Positions 1 to 10,034 of a stretch of DNA of 64,000 bases are shown here, in pieces; positions within the stretch are counted from its first letter, which is position 1; each line of letters starts with the position of its first letter. This stretch comes from a bacterium. GTDB taxonomy: Bacteria > UBA8248. Under the pieces are notes generated by a model. It ran no database searches. It saw only the letters and a list, made by a program, of their open reading frames with translations, and was not told where the DNA came from. Location of the stretch: assembly GCA_965202625.1 (NCBI GenBank), contig CBDBBI010000010.1, positions 96,001 to 160,000 on the forward strand, read 5' to 3'. A program made the position numbers and the translations under genes.

Positions 1-314
1 ACGAGCACAAGGAGGAGCTCGACGCGTTTGAGGCGGGGCTCTCGAACACCGACCGCCCTGTGCGCGGCTACGTTCACTCTACGAACGCCTGCTTGACGCA
101 CGACGCGCTGGATCGTCTTGGCGGGGTGAGATGTCCGACTCTCGTGCTCGCCGGCGGGCAGGACGTGCTGTGCGCGGCGAGCGCGTCGCGCGCGATCGCC
201 GATCGGGTTCCGAACTGCGAGATCAAGATTTACGAGGAGGCGAGCCACTTTTTCCTTATTCAGTGTTTTGAGGAATCCCTGAGCGATATCGAAGACTTTC
301 TGGCGAGAAACTAA
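1..314 (+). CDS. alpha/beta hydrolase, C-terminal part (gene starts before the window)
   Basis: PTLVLAGGQD...EEASHFF: catalytic Asp/His region of an alpha/beta hydrolase; frame open to the window edge. Confidence 0.75.
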   Translation, partial: EHKEELDAFEAGLSNTDRPVRGYVHSTNACLTHDALDRLGGVRCPTLVLAGGQDVLCAASASRAIADRVPNCEIKIYEEASHFFLIQCFEESLSDIEDFLARN

Positions 315-410
315 ACCGGGCGCGCGTCTGCGCCTCGTGATTTGATGACGCCTCGCTGCGGAGAGGGGGGATCTTCGCAGCGAGGCGAAATCATCAGGAG
401 AATTTGCGAA

Positions 411-1604
411 ATGGCGAAATTCACGGATCCCATGGAAGTTCGCGGCCAGAGAATAAAGCACCGAGTGCTCATGTCCGCGATGACGACCTCGCGCGCGGAG
501 GAGGACGGCGCGCCGTCCGCGTGGACGCGCGTGCACTATGAGGCGCGCGCCCGAGGGGGTGCTGCTGCCTGCTTCACCGAGGCGACCTACGTCAATCAAG
601 AGGGAAAAGGGTTTCCGAACCAGCTGGGGACGCAAGAGGACGCGCTCATACAGCCGTTGCGCGAGTTGATTCGGGCGGTTGAGGCGGCCGGCGCGCCCCT
701 GGCGGTGCAGCTCTATCATGCGGGGAGAACGGCGCTGAGCGCCATCACGGGAATGGATCCGGTGGGCCCCTCCCCCATTCCGCACCCCACCGAGGAGGAG
801 GCGCCGCGCGAGATGAGCGAGCGCGAGATAGCGGACGCTGTCCGGGCCTATGGAGAGGCTGCGCGGCGGGTGCGCGAGGCGGGGGGGCGGTTGCTAGAGG
901 TGCACGGAGCCACCTGGTACCTGTGCCAGCAGTTCTTCTCTCCGGCCTCGAACCGGCGGACAGATGCCTATGGCGGGACGCTCGAGAAGCGGATGCGCTT
1001 TCCGCTGGAAGTGGCCGAGGCGGTGCGCGAGGGCGCGGGAGACGAGATGGTCGTCTCCTATCGCCTGGGTCTTCTCGAACCTTTTGAGGATGGCTTCACG
1101 GTGGAGGATACGCTCGCCCTCGCACCCGCGCTGCTGGAGGCGGGAGTGGATGTCCTCCACTGCTCGAGAAACGCGCGCGTGGGGTTGCCTGTCCCCCCCA
1201 ATTTGTATAATCCCGCCTTCGCCCGGTTGCGCGCGGCGGTGGACGCACCCCTCATCGCCAACGGGGCGGCCTTCGCGCCCAGCCGCGTTCAGGCGTATCT
1301 TGATATGGGCGCGGATTTTGTCGGCGTGGGACGCGCCATGCTCACCGATCCGGAATATGCGAACAAAGCGACGTCCGGGCGGGATGGCCAGGTGATCCGC
1401 TGCGTCGAATGCAAGCCGTGCGCCTATATGACGCAGAGCCGGTGTCCCGATGAGGCGTATCCATCGGGAATTCCTGAGTCGATGAACGAGATTCTGGATG
1501 TCGCCTCGCGCATGGCCGGCGGCGGCTACGCGCCCACGGCAAAGAAACGTCTGACCAAGGACGCGCCGATAGAGGTGCAGCCCGATGGCTCGTCGATCTC
1601 TTGA
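411..1604 (+). CDS. NADH:flavin oxidoreductase (Old Yellow Enzyme family) with C-terminal Fe-S motif
   Basis: QLYHAGR, EVHGATWY, NRRTDAYGG, C-terminal CVECKPC...C; start moved to ATG 411 after AGGAG. Confidence 0.85.
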   Translation: MAKFTDPMEVRGQRIKHRVLMSAMTTSRAEEDGAPSAWTRVHYEARARGGAAACFTEATYVNQEGKGFPNQLGTQEDALIQPLRELIRAVEAAGAPLAVQLYHAGRTALSAITGMDPVGPSPIPHPTEEEAPREMSEREIADAVRAYGEAARRVREAGGRLLEVHGATWYLCQQFFSPASNRRTDAYGGTLEKRMRFPLEVAEAVREGAGDEMVVSYRLGLLEPFEDGFTVEDTLALAPALLEAGVDVLHCSRNARVGLPVPPNLYNPAFARLRAAVDAPLIANGAAFAPSRVQAYLDMGADFVGVGRAMLTDPEYANKATSGRDGQVIRCVECKPCAYMTQSRCPDEAYPSGIPESMNEILDVASRMAGGGYAPTAKKRLTKDAPIEVQPDGSSIS

Positions 1605-1748
1605 CGTCACGCCGCGAAAGCGCGTATATGCCCGTTCTTCATGCCGCGCGATAGCGGTGGAGACCTTTCTGCGCGCTCTCTCGCGCAGCGTCCGCGCGTT
1701 CCGCTCGACAGAGGACGCCCCCCTGTGTAGCCGTTTCTCCTAAGCGCC

Positions 1749-2471
1749 TTAGACGTCGCCGAAGAGCGATCCCTGGCGATCGGGCGCATCTTCTTCCGCC
1801 GCGCGGTGCTCCAGGCAGGTGCGGTCGTCGTTCCTTACGCTGTTCACGCGATCGCTCACGGGGTAATACGTAAAAACGTCGGGGGGAGGGTGCCGCAAAA
1901 GCGCGTGCACGGCCTGCGGGCGGCTCTCCCGCGGGTCGAGCCAATCCCTGTAAGCGTCCTTAGGCAGGATGACGGGCATACGGGGATGGAGGGCGGCCAG
2001 CTTCTCGTTCGCCTCGCTCGTGAGGATCGCGCAGGTTTCGAGAACCGCCCCATCCGCTCCCCTCCAGGATTCCCAAATTCCCGCGAACGCGAAGGGTGCT
2101 CTCCCGTTTAGATGAATGAAGTAGGGCCGCTTTTTTCGCGCGTTTCCCGCCCACTCATAGAAACCATCCGCCGGAATGAGGCATCGCCTGTGGCGGAAGG
2201 CGGCGCGAAAGGCAGGTTTTTGGGCGACGGTCTCCACGCGCGCGTTTATGGTCTTGGCGTTGAAGTCAAGGCGCGTCACCCAAAACGGCGTGAGTCCCCA
2301 AAGGACGAGTGCCGCCTCGCGAACGCGCCCCTTCCAACTGCGGACGATGTGGACCCGCATTCCTGGCGCGATGTTATATCTCGGCGCGATGTTTCTCTTT
2401 TCCGCGCTTTTCGTCCCTATGATTTCAGCGAGCCAGGGCGCGGGGTTCGTGAGCGTGAAGCGTCCGCACAT
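1749..2471 (-). CDS. SOS response-associated peptidase (SRAP/YedK/HMCES abasic-site processing protein)
   Basis: N-terminal MCGRF, RYNIAP, INARVET, DGFYEW, HPRMP. Confidence 0.95.
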   Translation of the reverse strand: MCGRFTLTNPAPWLAEIIGTKSAEKRNIAPRYNIAPGMRVHIVRSWKGRVREAALVLWGLTPFWVTRLDFNAKTINARVETVAQKPAFRAAFRHRRCLIPADGFYEWAGNARKKRPYFIHLNGRAPFAFAGIWESWRGADGAVLETCAILTSEANEKLAALHPRMPVILPKDAYRDWLDPRESRPQAVHALLRHPPPDVFTYYPVSDRVNSVRNDDRTCLEHRAAEEDAPDRQGSLFGDV

Positions 2472-2598
2472 CGACTAGAAACCCTGTGAGGAGACGCGGC
2501 TCATGGGGCGGATCGCATTGGTTGGGTGTCTTCGGTTGCAAGTGGGGCGCGTCTGCTGCGCGAGGATCTGCTGAGAAGTTGGTTTCGGCACATGGCGT

Positions 2599-4293
2599 CT
2601 AAGTCGCCTTTCTCAAAAATCCGAAGTCGCAGCCCTCGGGCGCTTGGAGGACGCTTTCGATGAACAACTTTCCGTAGCCCCTCGCATAATGCGGCGGCCC
2701 TGGTTTCCATACGGTGCGTCGGCGCGCCATCTCCTTTTCCGGGACTCTCAAGTCGATCCTGCGGCGCGGAACGTCGAGGGTGATCGCGTCCCCGTCCTGA
2801 ACCAGTGCGAGGGGGCCGCCGACGGCGGCCTCGGGCGCGGCGTGAAGCACTATAGTTCCCGACGCCGTTCCGCTCATGCGCGCGTCCGAGACGCGGACGA
2901 CGTCGCGCACGCCCGCCTCGAGCAACTTCTTGGGGATGGGCAGGGAGCCTGCCTCAGGAAAGCCGGGCGCGCCGATGGGCCCCGCGTTCTGGAGGACGAA
3001 GACGCTCTCGGCCGTAGCGGGAAGGTCTGGGTCGTCGATTCGATCGATCATGTCCTGTTGGGACGAGAATACGACGGCCGGGCCGGTGTGGGTCAGCATT
3101 TCCTGGTTGGCCGCCGACACCTTGATGACCGCGCCGTCGGGGGCGAGAGAGCCTTTGAGGATGACGAGGCCCCCCTCCTCGGAGATGGGGTTATCTCTCG
3201 TGCGGATGACGTCCTGCCACGCCTGCGCCCTTCGGACGTTCGCGAGGTTCTGCAACACGTTCTTGCCCGTCACTGTCATGCAGCCTCCATGAAGGAGGGG
3301 TTCGAGTTCCTTCATCACGACCGGAATTCCGCCCGCCGCCGCGAGATCCTCCATCAGATATTTCTTGCCCGATGGCCGCACGTTACCGAGCGTCGGCGTG
3401 GTTCGTGAGATTTCATCGAAGTCGCGGAGCGGGAGGTTGACGCCCAGGCGTCCGGCGATGGCCGGCAGGTGAACGACGGCGTTCGTCGAGCCGCCAACGG
3501 CCATGAGGACGCGGATGGCGTTCTCGAAAGCCTCGCGCGTCATGATCTTATCGGGCGTGAGGTCCTTTTCGATCAAGGAGGTGATGAGCCGCCCGCTTTG
3601 CTCCGCCAGGCGAAGGCGATGCGCGTTCACCGCCGGAACTGCCGCCATGCCGGGTACCATCATGCCCATCGCCTCGGTGAGAGAAGCCATGGTGCTCGCT
3701 GTTCCCATCACCATGCAGGTGCCCGCAGAGGGGAAAAGCGCGCCCTGAACCTCCTCCATTCGCGCGTCGTCGAAAGCCCCCGCTCTGTACTCGTTCCACA
3801 TTCCGCGGCAATCCGAACAAGCACCGAGCGTTTTATCCTCGAAGCGCCCGCCGATCATCGGTCCCGCCGTCACACAAATGGCGGGAATCCCCGCGCTGGC
3901 CGCGCCCATGAGCTGCGCGGGGAGGGTCTTGTCGCAGCCGCCAAGCAGGACGACGCCGTCCATGGGCTGTCCCCTGATCATCTCCTCGGTGTCCATGGAG
4001 AGCAGGTTCCTGAAAAACATGGCCGTCGGGTTGAGATACATCTCTCCGAGCGAAATGGTGGGAAATTCCAGAGGCAGACCGCCGGATTGCCAGACGCCGC
4101 GTTTTACGGCCTCCGCGATCTCCCTGAGGTGGCGATGGCACGGGTTGAGTTCGCTCCAGGTCTGGGCGATGCCGACGATGGGTTTCTCCAGGTCTTCTTT
4201 CGTCAGGCCGAAGCCCCGAGCGTAAGCGCCTCTGGCGAAAACGCTGAACCCAGGGTCGCCGTAGCTTGTCAGTCCTCTTAGGTGGCCTCTCAT
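2599..4293 (-). CDS. IlvD/Edd-family dehydratase, probably sugar-acid dehydratase type
   Basis: NPCH, GGCDKT, GTCMVMGTASTM, GGSTN, SDARMSGT motifs. Confidence 0.9.
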   Translation of the reverse strand: MRGHLRGLTSYGDPGFSVFARGAYARGFGLTKEDLEKPIVGIAQTWSELNPCHRHLREIAEAVKRGVWQSGGLPLEFPTISLGEMYLNPTAMFFRNLLSMDTEEMIRGQPMDGVVLLGGCDKTLPAQLMGAASAGIPAICVTAGPMIGGRFEDKTLGACSDCRGMWNEYRAGAFDDARMEEVQGALFPSAGTCMVMGTASTMASLTEAMGMMVPGMAAVPAVNAHRLRLAEQSGRLITSLIEKDLTPDKIMTREAFENAIRVLMAVGGSTNAVVHLPAIAGRLGVNLPLRDFDEISRTTPTLGNVRPSGKKYLMEDLAAAGGIPVVMKELEPLLHGGCMTVTGKNVLQNLANVRRAQAWQDVIRTRDNPISEEGGLVILKGSLAPDGAVIKVSAANQEMLTHTGPAVVFSSQQDMIDRIDDPDLPATAESVFVLQNAGPIGAPGFPEAGSLPIPKKLLEAGVRDVVRVSDARMSGTASGTIVLHAAPEAAVGGPLALVQDGDAITLDVPRRRIDLRVPEKEMARRRTVWKPGPPHYARGYGKLFIESVLQAPEGCDFGFLRKAT

Positions 4294-4478
4294 TCTAGAA
4301 TCTCACCTTTTGGGCGCGCATTTTTGAGAATCGTTCATCAAGCATCATTCCTCAGCAGCCATGAATCGGCAAGCGTGTTTTGGATTTCTCCACTAGGCGA
4401 TGCGTCGCTTTTGCTCTGGCGCCAAACAAGGTAGATTTGACACCCAGCGGATTTCACAATGCCGCGTGAGTTTGAGTC

Positions 4479-5060
4479 ATGGAGGAAAGACGTTTGACTT
4501 CGAGCCGAACGATCAAAAATCCTCTCAACGCAATTCTCGTTCCCCTCATTTTTTGTGCTCTGGTGTTCGCCGGCGGGTGCGCGGCGAGGAACGAGGGCGC
4601 TGACGTCCCGAGGGGGATGGGCAGCCTCCTCGTGCGTAGCGTGCCGGAGGGGGGTGCCATCATTTTTAACGGCAATCCACGCGGGGCCGCGTATTCGCAA
4701 AAGCCCATTGAGATCAAGGGGGTGGCCTATGGGCGGCATTCGATACGGGTGGAGTTTCCAGGTTACGTCGCGCAGGTTCTGGAGGTTGATGTGCGTGAGA
4801 AGAAGGTTCCCATCAGGATAAAGTTGACGAAAGACGGCGCCGGAAGCCTGGTAGTTGGATCGAACCCGCCGGGCGCGGAAGTATTCGTCAACAGCCGGTA
4901 TTATGGAAACGCCGCCCCGACGCTCCGGATAACGAACCTCTCTGCCGGCGCGTATTCCATGTGGCTGCGACTGCCGGGATACCGGATGGAGCGGCACAAC
5001 GTCGTTGTTGATCGCAGGCTGGAGTACCGCTACCTGATCGCTTTGGACAAAGAGCCTTAA
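4479..5060 (+). CDS. PEGA-domain lipoprotein
   Basis: Hydrophobic signal ending FAGG-C; two repeats GSLxVxSxPxGA.....G typical of PEGA. Confidence 0.8.
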   Translation: MEERRLTSSRTIKNPLNAILVPLIFCALVFAGGCAARNEGADVPRGMGSLLVRSVPEGGAIIFNGNPRGAAYSQKPIEIKGVAYGRHSIRVEFPGYVAQVLEVDVREKKVPIRIKLTKDGAGSLVVGSNPPGAEVFVNSRYYGNAAPTLRITNLSAGAYSMWLRLPGYRMERHNVVVDRRLEYRYLIALDKEP

Positions 5061-5368
5061 ATTCTCTTTTCATCGGCGACTGGCCCGGAAGTACCGCGCG
5101 AACCGTCTTCGCTGTTTCGCTCCGATACTTGCGCCTTCGCTAGTGCGATGCGCAGGGACGTTTCCTTCATGGAGCTTTTCGGGTCGCGCGCGCTGGGCTT
5201 CGCGCCGATTCCCCGTCGTTGACGACTCCCGCCTGGCGCCCGACGTGCTGCCGGCGCCGACTTGATCGGCGAGAGAGATGCCTTTACCCTGCGGAGCGGA
5301 CGTGAGTGCCCGATGAGACCCAGACGTTTCTTGCGATCCCCGTGCGAGACGCGCTGAGGAGGTGAGGG

Positions 5369-6475
5369 ATGTCCACTGAATATATCTGGGCGCTTTGCTC
5401 CCACAGGGCGGGAGACGGGACGCAGGTGAACCAGAAGACGCCCGACCGTCCCGCGACCCTGGGATATCTCGCGCAGGTGACCGCCTCAGCCGAGGAGGCG
5501 GGCTTCGCCAATATTCTGACGCCATGCGGGACGCACTGCATCGACGCGTGGACGACCGCCGGTGCGCTTTCGTGCCGGACGAGAAAAATCAAGTTCCTCG
5601 TGGCTCTCAGACCCGGCATCACCGGCCCGGTCTACGCGGCGCAACAGGCTAACAGCCTCGATTATTTGACGGGGGGACGCTGCACGCTGAACGTGGTGAC
5701 GGGAAGCACACCCGTGGATCAGAGAAGATACGGGGATTTCATGCCCCACGACGATCGCTACGATCGCACGGGAGAATTTCTGGACGTGGTGCGGAGGCTG
5801 TGGGAATCGGATGGTCCGCTGGACTACAAGGGCAAATTTTTCGAGATCGAAAAGGCGACCATCTTTCCCGATAGGGTGTCGAAGCCTCACCCCGTGATTT
5901 TTCTGGCGGGCAGCTCGGACGCGGGTAAGCGCGTGGCTTGGGAGCATGGAGACGTGCACGTGATGTACGCCGCCGAGCCCGAGGTGGTCGCAAAGGACAT
6001 TAAGGAGGGCAGGAGGGAGTCCCAGGCGTATGGGCGCGAGCGTCCATTGCGCTACGGCATCCGGCATCTGGTTTGCGTGCGCGAGACGAGAGAAGAAGCT
6101 GTGCGCGCCGCCGAGGCGCTCATTGACAGGAGCGACATCTCGAACACGGGCGCTTGGGCCGACATGAAGAACAACACCGAGTCTACCGGCCAGATGCGCA
6201 TCAACGAAATGGGATCGCGCGCGAGCCCTTGGCTCACCGACACGATCTGGATGGGGGTGAACCGGGTGCGAGGCGGGGCGGGCACGATGTTCGTCGGCAC
6301 GCCGGAGATGGTCGCAGGCGTCATCAGGGAGTATTACGACGCGGGCGTGCGGCACTTCATCATGAACGGATGGCCGCACAGGGAGGAGGCGGAGATTTTC
6401 GGCCGGGAGGTGCTGCCGCTCCTCAAGGACACAAACCCCCTCGTGCTGCCTGAACCCGCGGGCGTCTCCGTCTGA
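5369..6475 (+). CDS. LLM-class flavin-dependent monooxygenase (SsuD/alkanesulfonate monooxygenase-like)
   Basis: AEEAGF, KFLVALRPG, GRCTLNVVTG, RYDRTGEF, GAGTMFVGTPE. Confidence 0.9.
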   Translation: MSTEYIWALCSHRAGDGTQVNQKTPDRPATLGYLAQVTASAEEAGFANILTPCGTHCIDAWTTAGALSCRTRKIKFLVALRPGITGPVYAAQQANSLDYLTGGRCTLNVVTGSTPVDQRRYGDFMPHDDRYDRTGEFLDVVRRLWESDGPLDYKGKFFEIEKATIFPDRVSKPHPVIFLAGSSDAGKRVAWEHGDVHVMYAAEPEVVAKDIKEGRRESQAYGRERPLRYGIRHLVCVRETREEAVRAAEALIDRSDISNTGAWADMKNNTESTGQMRINEMGSRASPWLTDTIWMGVNRVRGGAGTMFVGTPEMVAGVIREYYDAGVRHFIMNGWPHREEAEIFGREVLPLLKDTNPLVLPEPAGVSV

Positions 6476-6499
6476 GTCAAAGGATCGGGAAAACCGGAG

Positions 6500-7033
6500 A
6501 TGCCTCCCTATATTCTCGTCTTCGGCGGCAGCCGCAGGCCGCAGAACAACACGGACAAGGCGCTCGCGTTCATCCTTGACGCGCTGGAGAAGGGTGATTT
6601 CGCGATCAACCGCGTCCATCTGAGCGCGCTGGATTTGCCCCCGCCCGGAGAGCCGAGCGACTCAAAAGACCCCGAGACGCTCCGCGCGTTGGTGAGCGGG
6701 GCGGCGGGAATCTTCATCGCCACTCCTGAGTATCACGGCAGCATCAGCAGCACGCTCAAACTGGCGATAGACAACCTGGGCTATCCCTCCACCCTCGAGG
6801 GAAAACGGATCGCCATACTGGGCGTGGCGATGGGGCCGAGCGCGGACAACGCCCTCGCCCATCTTAGACACATTCTCACCCACGTCGGCGCGGAGGTGTT
6901 GCCCGTTGAGGCTTCCATAGGGAGCGTTCATAAGGTTTTCGACGAGAATGGGCGATGCGCGGACGCGGCGGCTGCGGCCGCCATACACCGCGTCGCCTCC
7001 CACCTGCTCGATCGTCTGAACGAATCGTCCTAG
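6500..7033 (+). CDS. NAD(P)H-dependent FMN reductase
   Basis: GGSRR, ATPEYHGS, LKLAID; directly downstream of the LLM monooxygenase. Confidence 0.9.
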   Translation: MPPYILVFGGSRRPQNNTDKALAFILDALEKGDFAINRVHLSALDLPPPGEPSDSKDPETLRALVSGAAGIFIATPEYHGSISSTLKLAIDNLGYPSTLEGKRIAILGVAMGPSADNALAHLRHILTHVGAEVLPVEASIGSVHKVFDENGRCADAAAAAAIHRVASHLLDRLNESS

Positions 7034-7041
7034 AGCGAAAG

Positions 7042-7797
7042 ATGCCCTCCACGGAAACGAGGTTCCTGTCCCGACCGGGCGGGGCCGCGCTCGCCTATTT
7101 TAGGCTAGAGGGGAAGTCTCCCGGCTTGATGTTTCTGGGCGGCTTTCACTCCGACATGAATGGGACGAAGGCGCGCGCACTTGAAGCGCATTGCCGAGAA
7201 GTCGGGCGCGCCTACGTTCGGTTCGATTACGGCGGACACGGGGAGTCTTCGGGCAAGTTCGAGGAAGGAACGATTGGAGCGTGGGTGGAGGATGCACTCG
7301 CCGTGCTCGACCACGTCGCCCGGGGGGGCCAAGTGCTCGTGGGTTCGAGCATGGGGGGATGGATTATGCTGCTCGTCGCCCTGGCCCGGCCCGGGCGCGT
7401 GCGCGCTCTGGTGGGGTCGGCGGCGGCCCCGGATTTCACGGAGGATTTGATAAGGGCGCGACTCGACGAGGACGCGCGGAAAGAACTGGATGCGCGAGGC
7501 TACTTCATGCACGATTCCGTTGATGATGAGCCGTCCTACCCCATCACCCGAGAGCTGCTTGAGGAGGGAGCGAGCCACCTGCTCCTGCGCGACGCGATTC
7601 CGCTGACGCTCCCCGTTCGCCTCATCCACGGAATGCGCGACGAGAGCGTACCCTGGGAGACTTCCCTCCGCCTGGCGAACGCCCTTGCGAGCGACGATTT
7701 GCGCCTCACGCTCATCAAGGACGGGGAGCACCGACTATCGAGACCCCAGGACGTTGCGCTCATTATCCGTGCTGCCGAGGCGTTGGCGGAAACATAG
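7042..7797 (+). CDS. alpha/beta hydrolase (ABHD10-like)
   Basis: GGFHSDMNGTKA, RFDYGGHGES, GSSMGG nucleophile elbow, HGMRD, GEHRLS; ATG at 7042. Confidence 0.9.
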   Translation: MPSTETRFLSRPGGAALAYFRLEGKSPGLMFLGGFHSDMNGTKARALEAHCREVGRAYVRFDYGGHGESSGKFEEGTIGAWVEDALAVLDHVARGGQVLVGSSMGGWIMLLVALARPGRVRALVGSAAAPDFTEDLIRARLDEDARKELDARGYFMHDSVDDEPSYPITRELLEEGASHLLLRDAIPLTLPVRLIHGMRDESVPWETSLRLANALASDDLRLTLIKDGEHRLSRPQDVALIIRAAEALAET

Positions 7798-8091
7798 GAT
7801 GAGGAGGCTAGAATATCGCTCATGGATGAACCGGGTGAGGTCGAATCCATCGGGATCGCGAGCAAGGGTACTTATGGCTGATAGTTGATAGCAAAGAGAC
7901 CCAAAGCGAGGTTGCAGTTGCCGAAATGGGGCATTCAGTATCGGTCGGTGCATTTTTGAAAGCGTCCTGAGAGGATAGATTGATTTGCAGGATTGGAGTC
8001 GACGGCGTAGGATATCAAGTGTCGTAGATGTCCCCTTCCAGATGTCGATCATTTACACAAAATTTAACACGGAACGTAAAGGAGTATCGCA

Positions 8092-9738
8092 ATGCCATCA
8101 CCGTATCTACGTAAATTATCTGATGAAGAGTATTCGCAACTCAGGAATAGTCTTTTGAGGGGCCAGGACGGTAATTGCTTTATCTGTGGGAAGGCAATCG
8201 ATCTCACCATTCACGGCAATAAGACCAACAACAACATTGACATCGATCATGTAGAACCGAACAAAGTCGGGGGGAAAGACGGGCCGGACAATTTTGCTGT
8301 CACCCATGCTTCGTGTAATCGATCGAAGCAAGCAAGTGACCTTCGTGTTGCGAGAGTTCTCGCATCTTTTGATAGCATCTCGGAATCAATCAAGTCGCAA
8401 GGGGAAGATCGCTCTCCCAATCTTGGTGATGTTCTACGCAAGAACGGTGGCGCGAAATATCCACTCTCGATTACTGTCAATGGAAATGAGTTGAAAACAG
8501 CGTTTTCAGACATCGATCAAAACGACATTCTCACTTTTCCGGTCCATGAGGATAAGTTGTCGGGGTTCCGTTACACGTTTCTCAATTTGCCAATCGAGTA
8601 TCTGCACCATGACGATCGCATTAACCCGCGCGCGATAGGAACGAATCTCAGGAAGCTCGTGGAGGAATTTCACAAACAAAGACCGCAACTCCATATTGCT
8701 TTAGGGTGGTTCAACACCTCTAATAGGGACGCGATCAAAGTTCAGATATTTGACGGTCAACATAAAGCTGCCGCGCAGATACTTTTGGGGACTCGGTGCC
8801 TGCCGGTCCGGGTGTTCATCGACCCGGATCTCGATATCCTTCTGACGGCAAACACTCACGCAGGCACAACGTTGCGTCAGGTTGCATTTGACAAATCAGT
8901 GCAGCGCAGTCTGGGCAGTTCCTTGTTGAAGGAGAGAATGGAGCGTTATAGACGTGATTGCGGTAGGGATGACGATGACGAGGGCTTCTCTGAGCGCGAA
9001 CTGGTCAATTATTTCAAAGGTGAAAGCCGAGAAGTGAAGAAGTACGTCATTGATCGGGTTCGAAACAGCGTCACAGGGCACCCCGACAATAAGCTGCGCG
9101 ACTACATTGATCAGGGCGGACGCGGCTCCCAAAAGCCCCTGAGCTACAGCACTATTGAAAAGACATTTTACTCATTTTTCATCTACAGGGACTTGTTGAC
9201 GACGCCGTTCAATTACAAGCTCGAAGATGGTCTGAATCCCCGGCTGCTCGAAATTGAGCAGATCGTCCGTTTGATGAATATCATTGCAGAGGAGATATTC
9301 ATCGGAAAATTTGAGACTTCGTTAGGGACGGGACTCATTGAGCATAAGATAAAGAAAGGAGAAGACGTCCCGGAGCAGCATCTGCGCGCCTTCCGAATGG
9401 CCAAGGAAGAAATTATCTACAACTGGCTACGATATGTCCGCCAAATCGTTCACAGTTATTTCATCACGACTGGTAAGCCGATAGAAGAAAATAAACTGTT
9501 CGAATACGCAATACCCGATATTTGCTGGGAGAATATCAAAAACTTCATTGTTTCTTTGAAGCGACTCCCGCTGTGGATCAACAAGGATTTATCGGTTTTT
9601 GGCGGGAAGCAAAGGAACGACTTCTGGCATGGGATTTTTGAAAATGGGCGCACCGACGGACCGAATGGAGTTGAAGTTATGCCTCATGGTATCAATTTGA
9701 TAGATATGATGAAGCATAAGGCATCCGCGACCGGGTAG
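8092..9738 (+). CDS. HNH endonuclease fused to DGQH (ParB/DndB-like) domain, 548 aa
   Basis: CFIC...DIDHVEP...GG...DNF..THASCNRSK (HNH); later FDGQHKAAA; AAGGAG RBS; visibly AT-richer than neighbours. Confidence 0.8.
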   Translation: MPSPYLRKLSDEEYSQLRNSLLRGQDGNCFICGKAIDLTIHGNKTNNNIDIDHVEPNKVGGKDGPDNFAVTHASCNRSKQASDLRVARVLASFDSISESIKSQGEDRSPNLGDVLRKNGGAKYPLSITVNGNELKTAFSDIDQNDILTFPVHEDKLSGFRYTFLNLPIEYLHHDDRINPRAIGTNLRKLVEEFHKQRPQLHIALGWFNTSNRDAIKVQIFDGQHKAAAQILLGTRCLPVRVFIDPDLDILLTANTHAGTTLRQVAFDKSVQRSLGSSLLKERMERYRRDCGRDDDDEGFSERELVNYFKGESREVKKYVIDRVRNSVTGHPDNKLRDYIDQGGRGSQKPLSYSTIEKTFYSFFIYRDLLTTPFNYKLEDGLNPRLLEIEQIVRLMNIIAEEIFIGKFETSLGTGLIEHKIKKGEDVPEQHLRAFRMAKEEIIYNWLRYVRQIVHSYFITTGKPIEENKLFEYAIPDICWENIKNFIVSLKRLPLWINKDLSVFGGKQRNDFWHGIFENGRTDGPNGVEVMPHGINLIDMMKHKASATG

Positions 9739-9822
9739 GATCTTTCCAGAAGTTTCAATCTATCGAGATTGCGTCGGATGCGGAAGCACGCAATGAATAG
9801 ATTATCTTCGCTCATGAAACCT

Positions 9823-9897
9823 TGGCTCCGGCGGTAGGATTCGAACCTACAACCCATCGGTTAACAGCCGATTGCTCTGCCGTTGAGCTACGCCGGA
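9823..9897 (-). tRNA. tRNA-Asn (GTT)
   Basis: TCCGGCG-TAGCTCAACGGCAGAGC-A-ATCGG-CT-GTT-AA-CCGAT-GGGTT-GTAGG-TTCGAAT-CCTAC-CGCCGGA-GCCA cloverleaf with encoded CCA. Confidence 0.97.
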
Positions 9898-10034
9898 TTG
9901 AGGAATGCTTTGCCCAGATCTGGAGTCTGCATCCAAGTCTGGATTATGAAAGTTTATATGCGGGCGCCGGCAGGATTGTCAAGTTCTGTGGGCAGGTGAG
10001 CGACGGGCGTGCCCAAGGTTTTCGGGAAATGCCC

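Noticed and set aside
7839-7848. GGTCGAATCC as an att-site copy of the tRNA-Asn T-arm
   Set aside because: Short, imperfect and on the opposite strand to the tRNA, so it is not a direct repeat.
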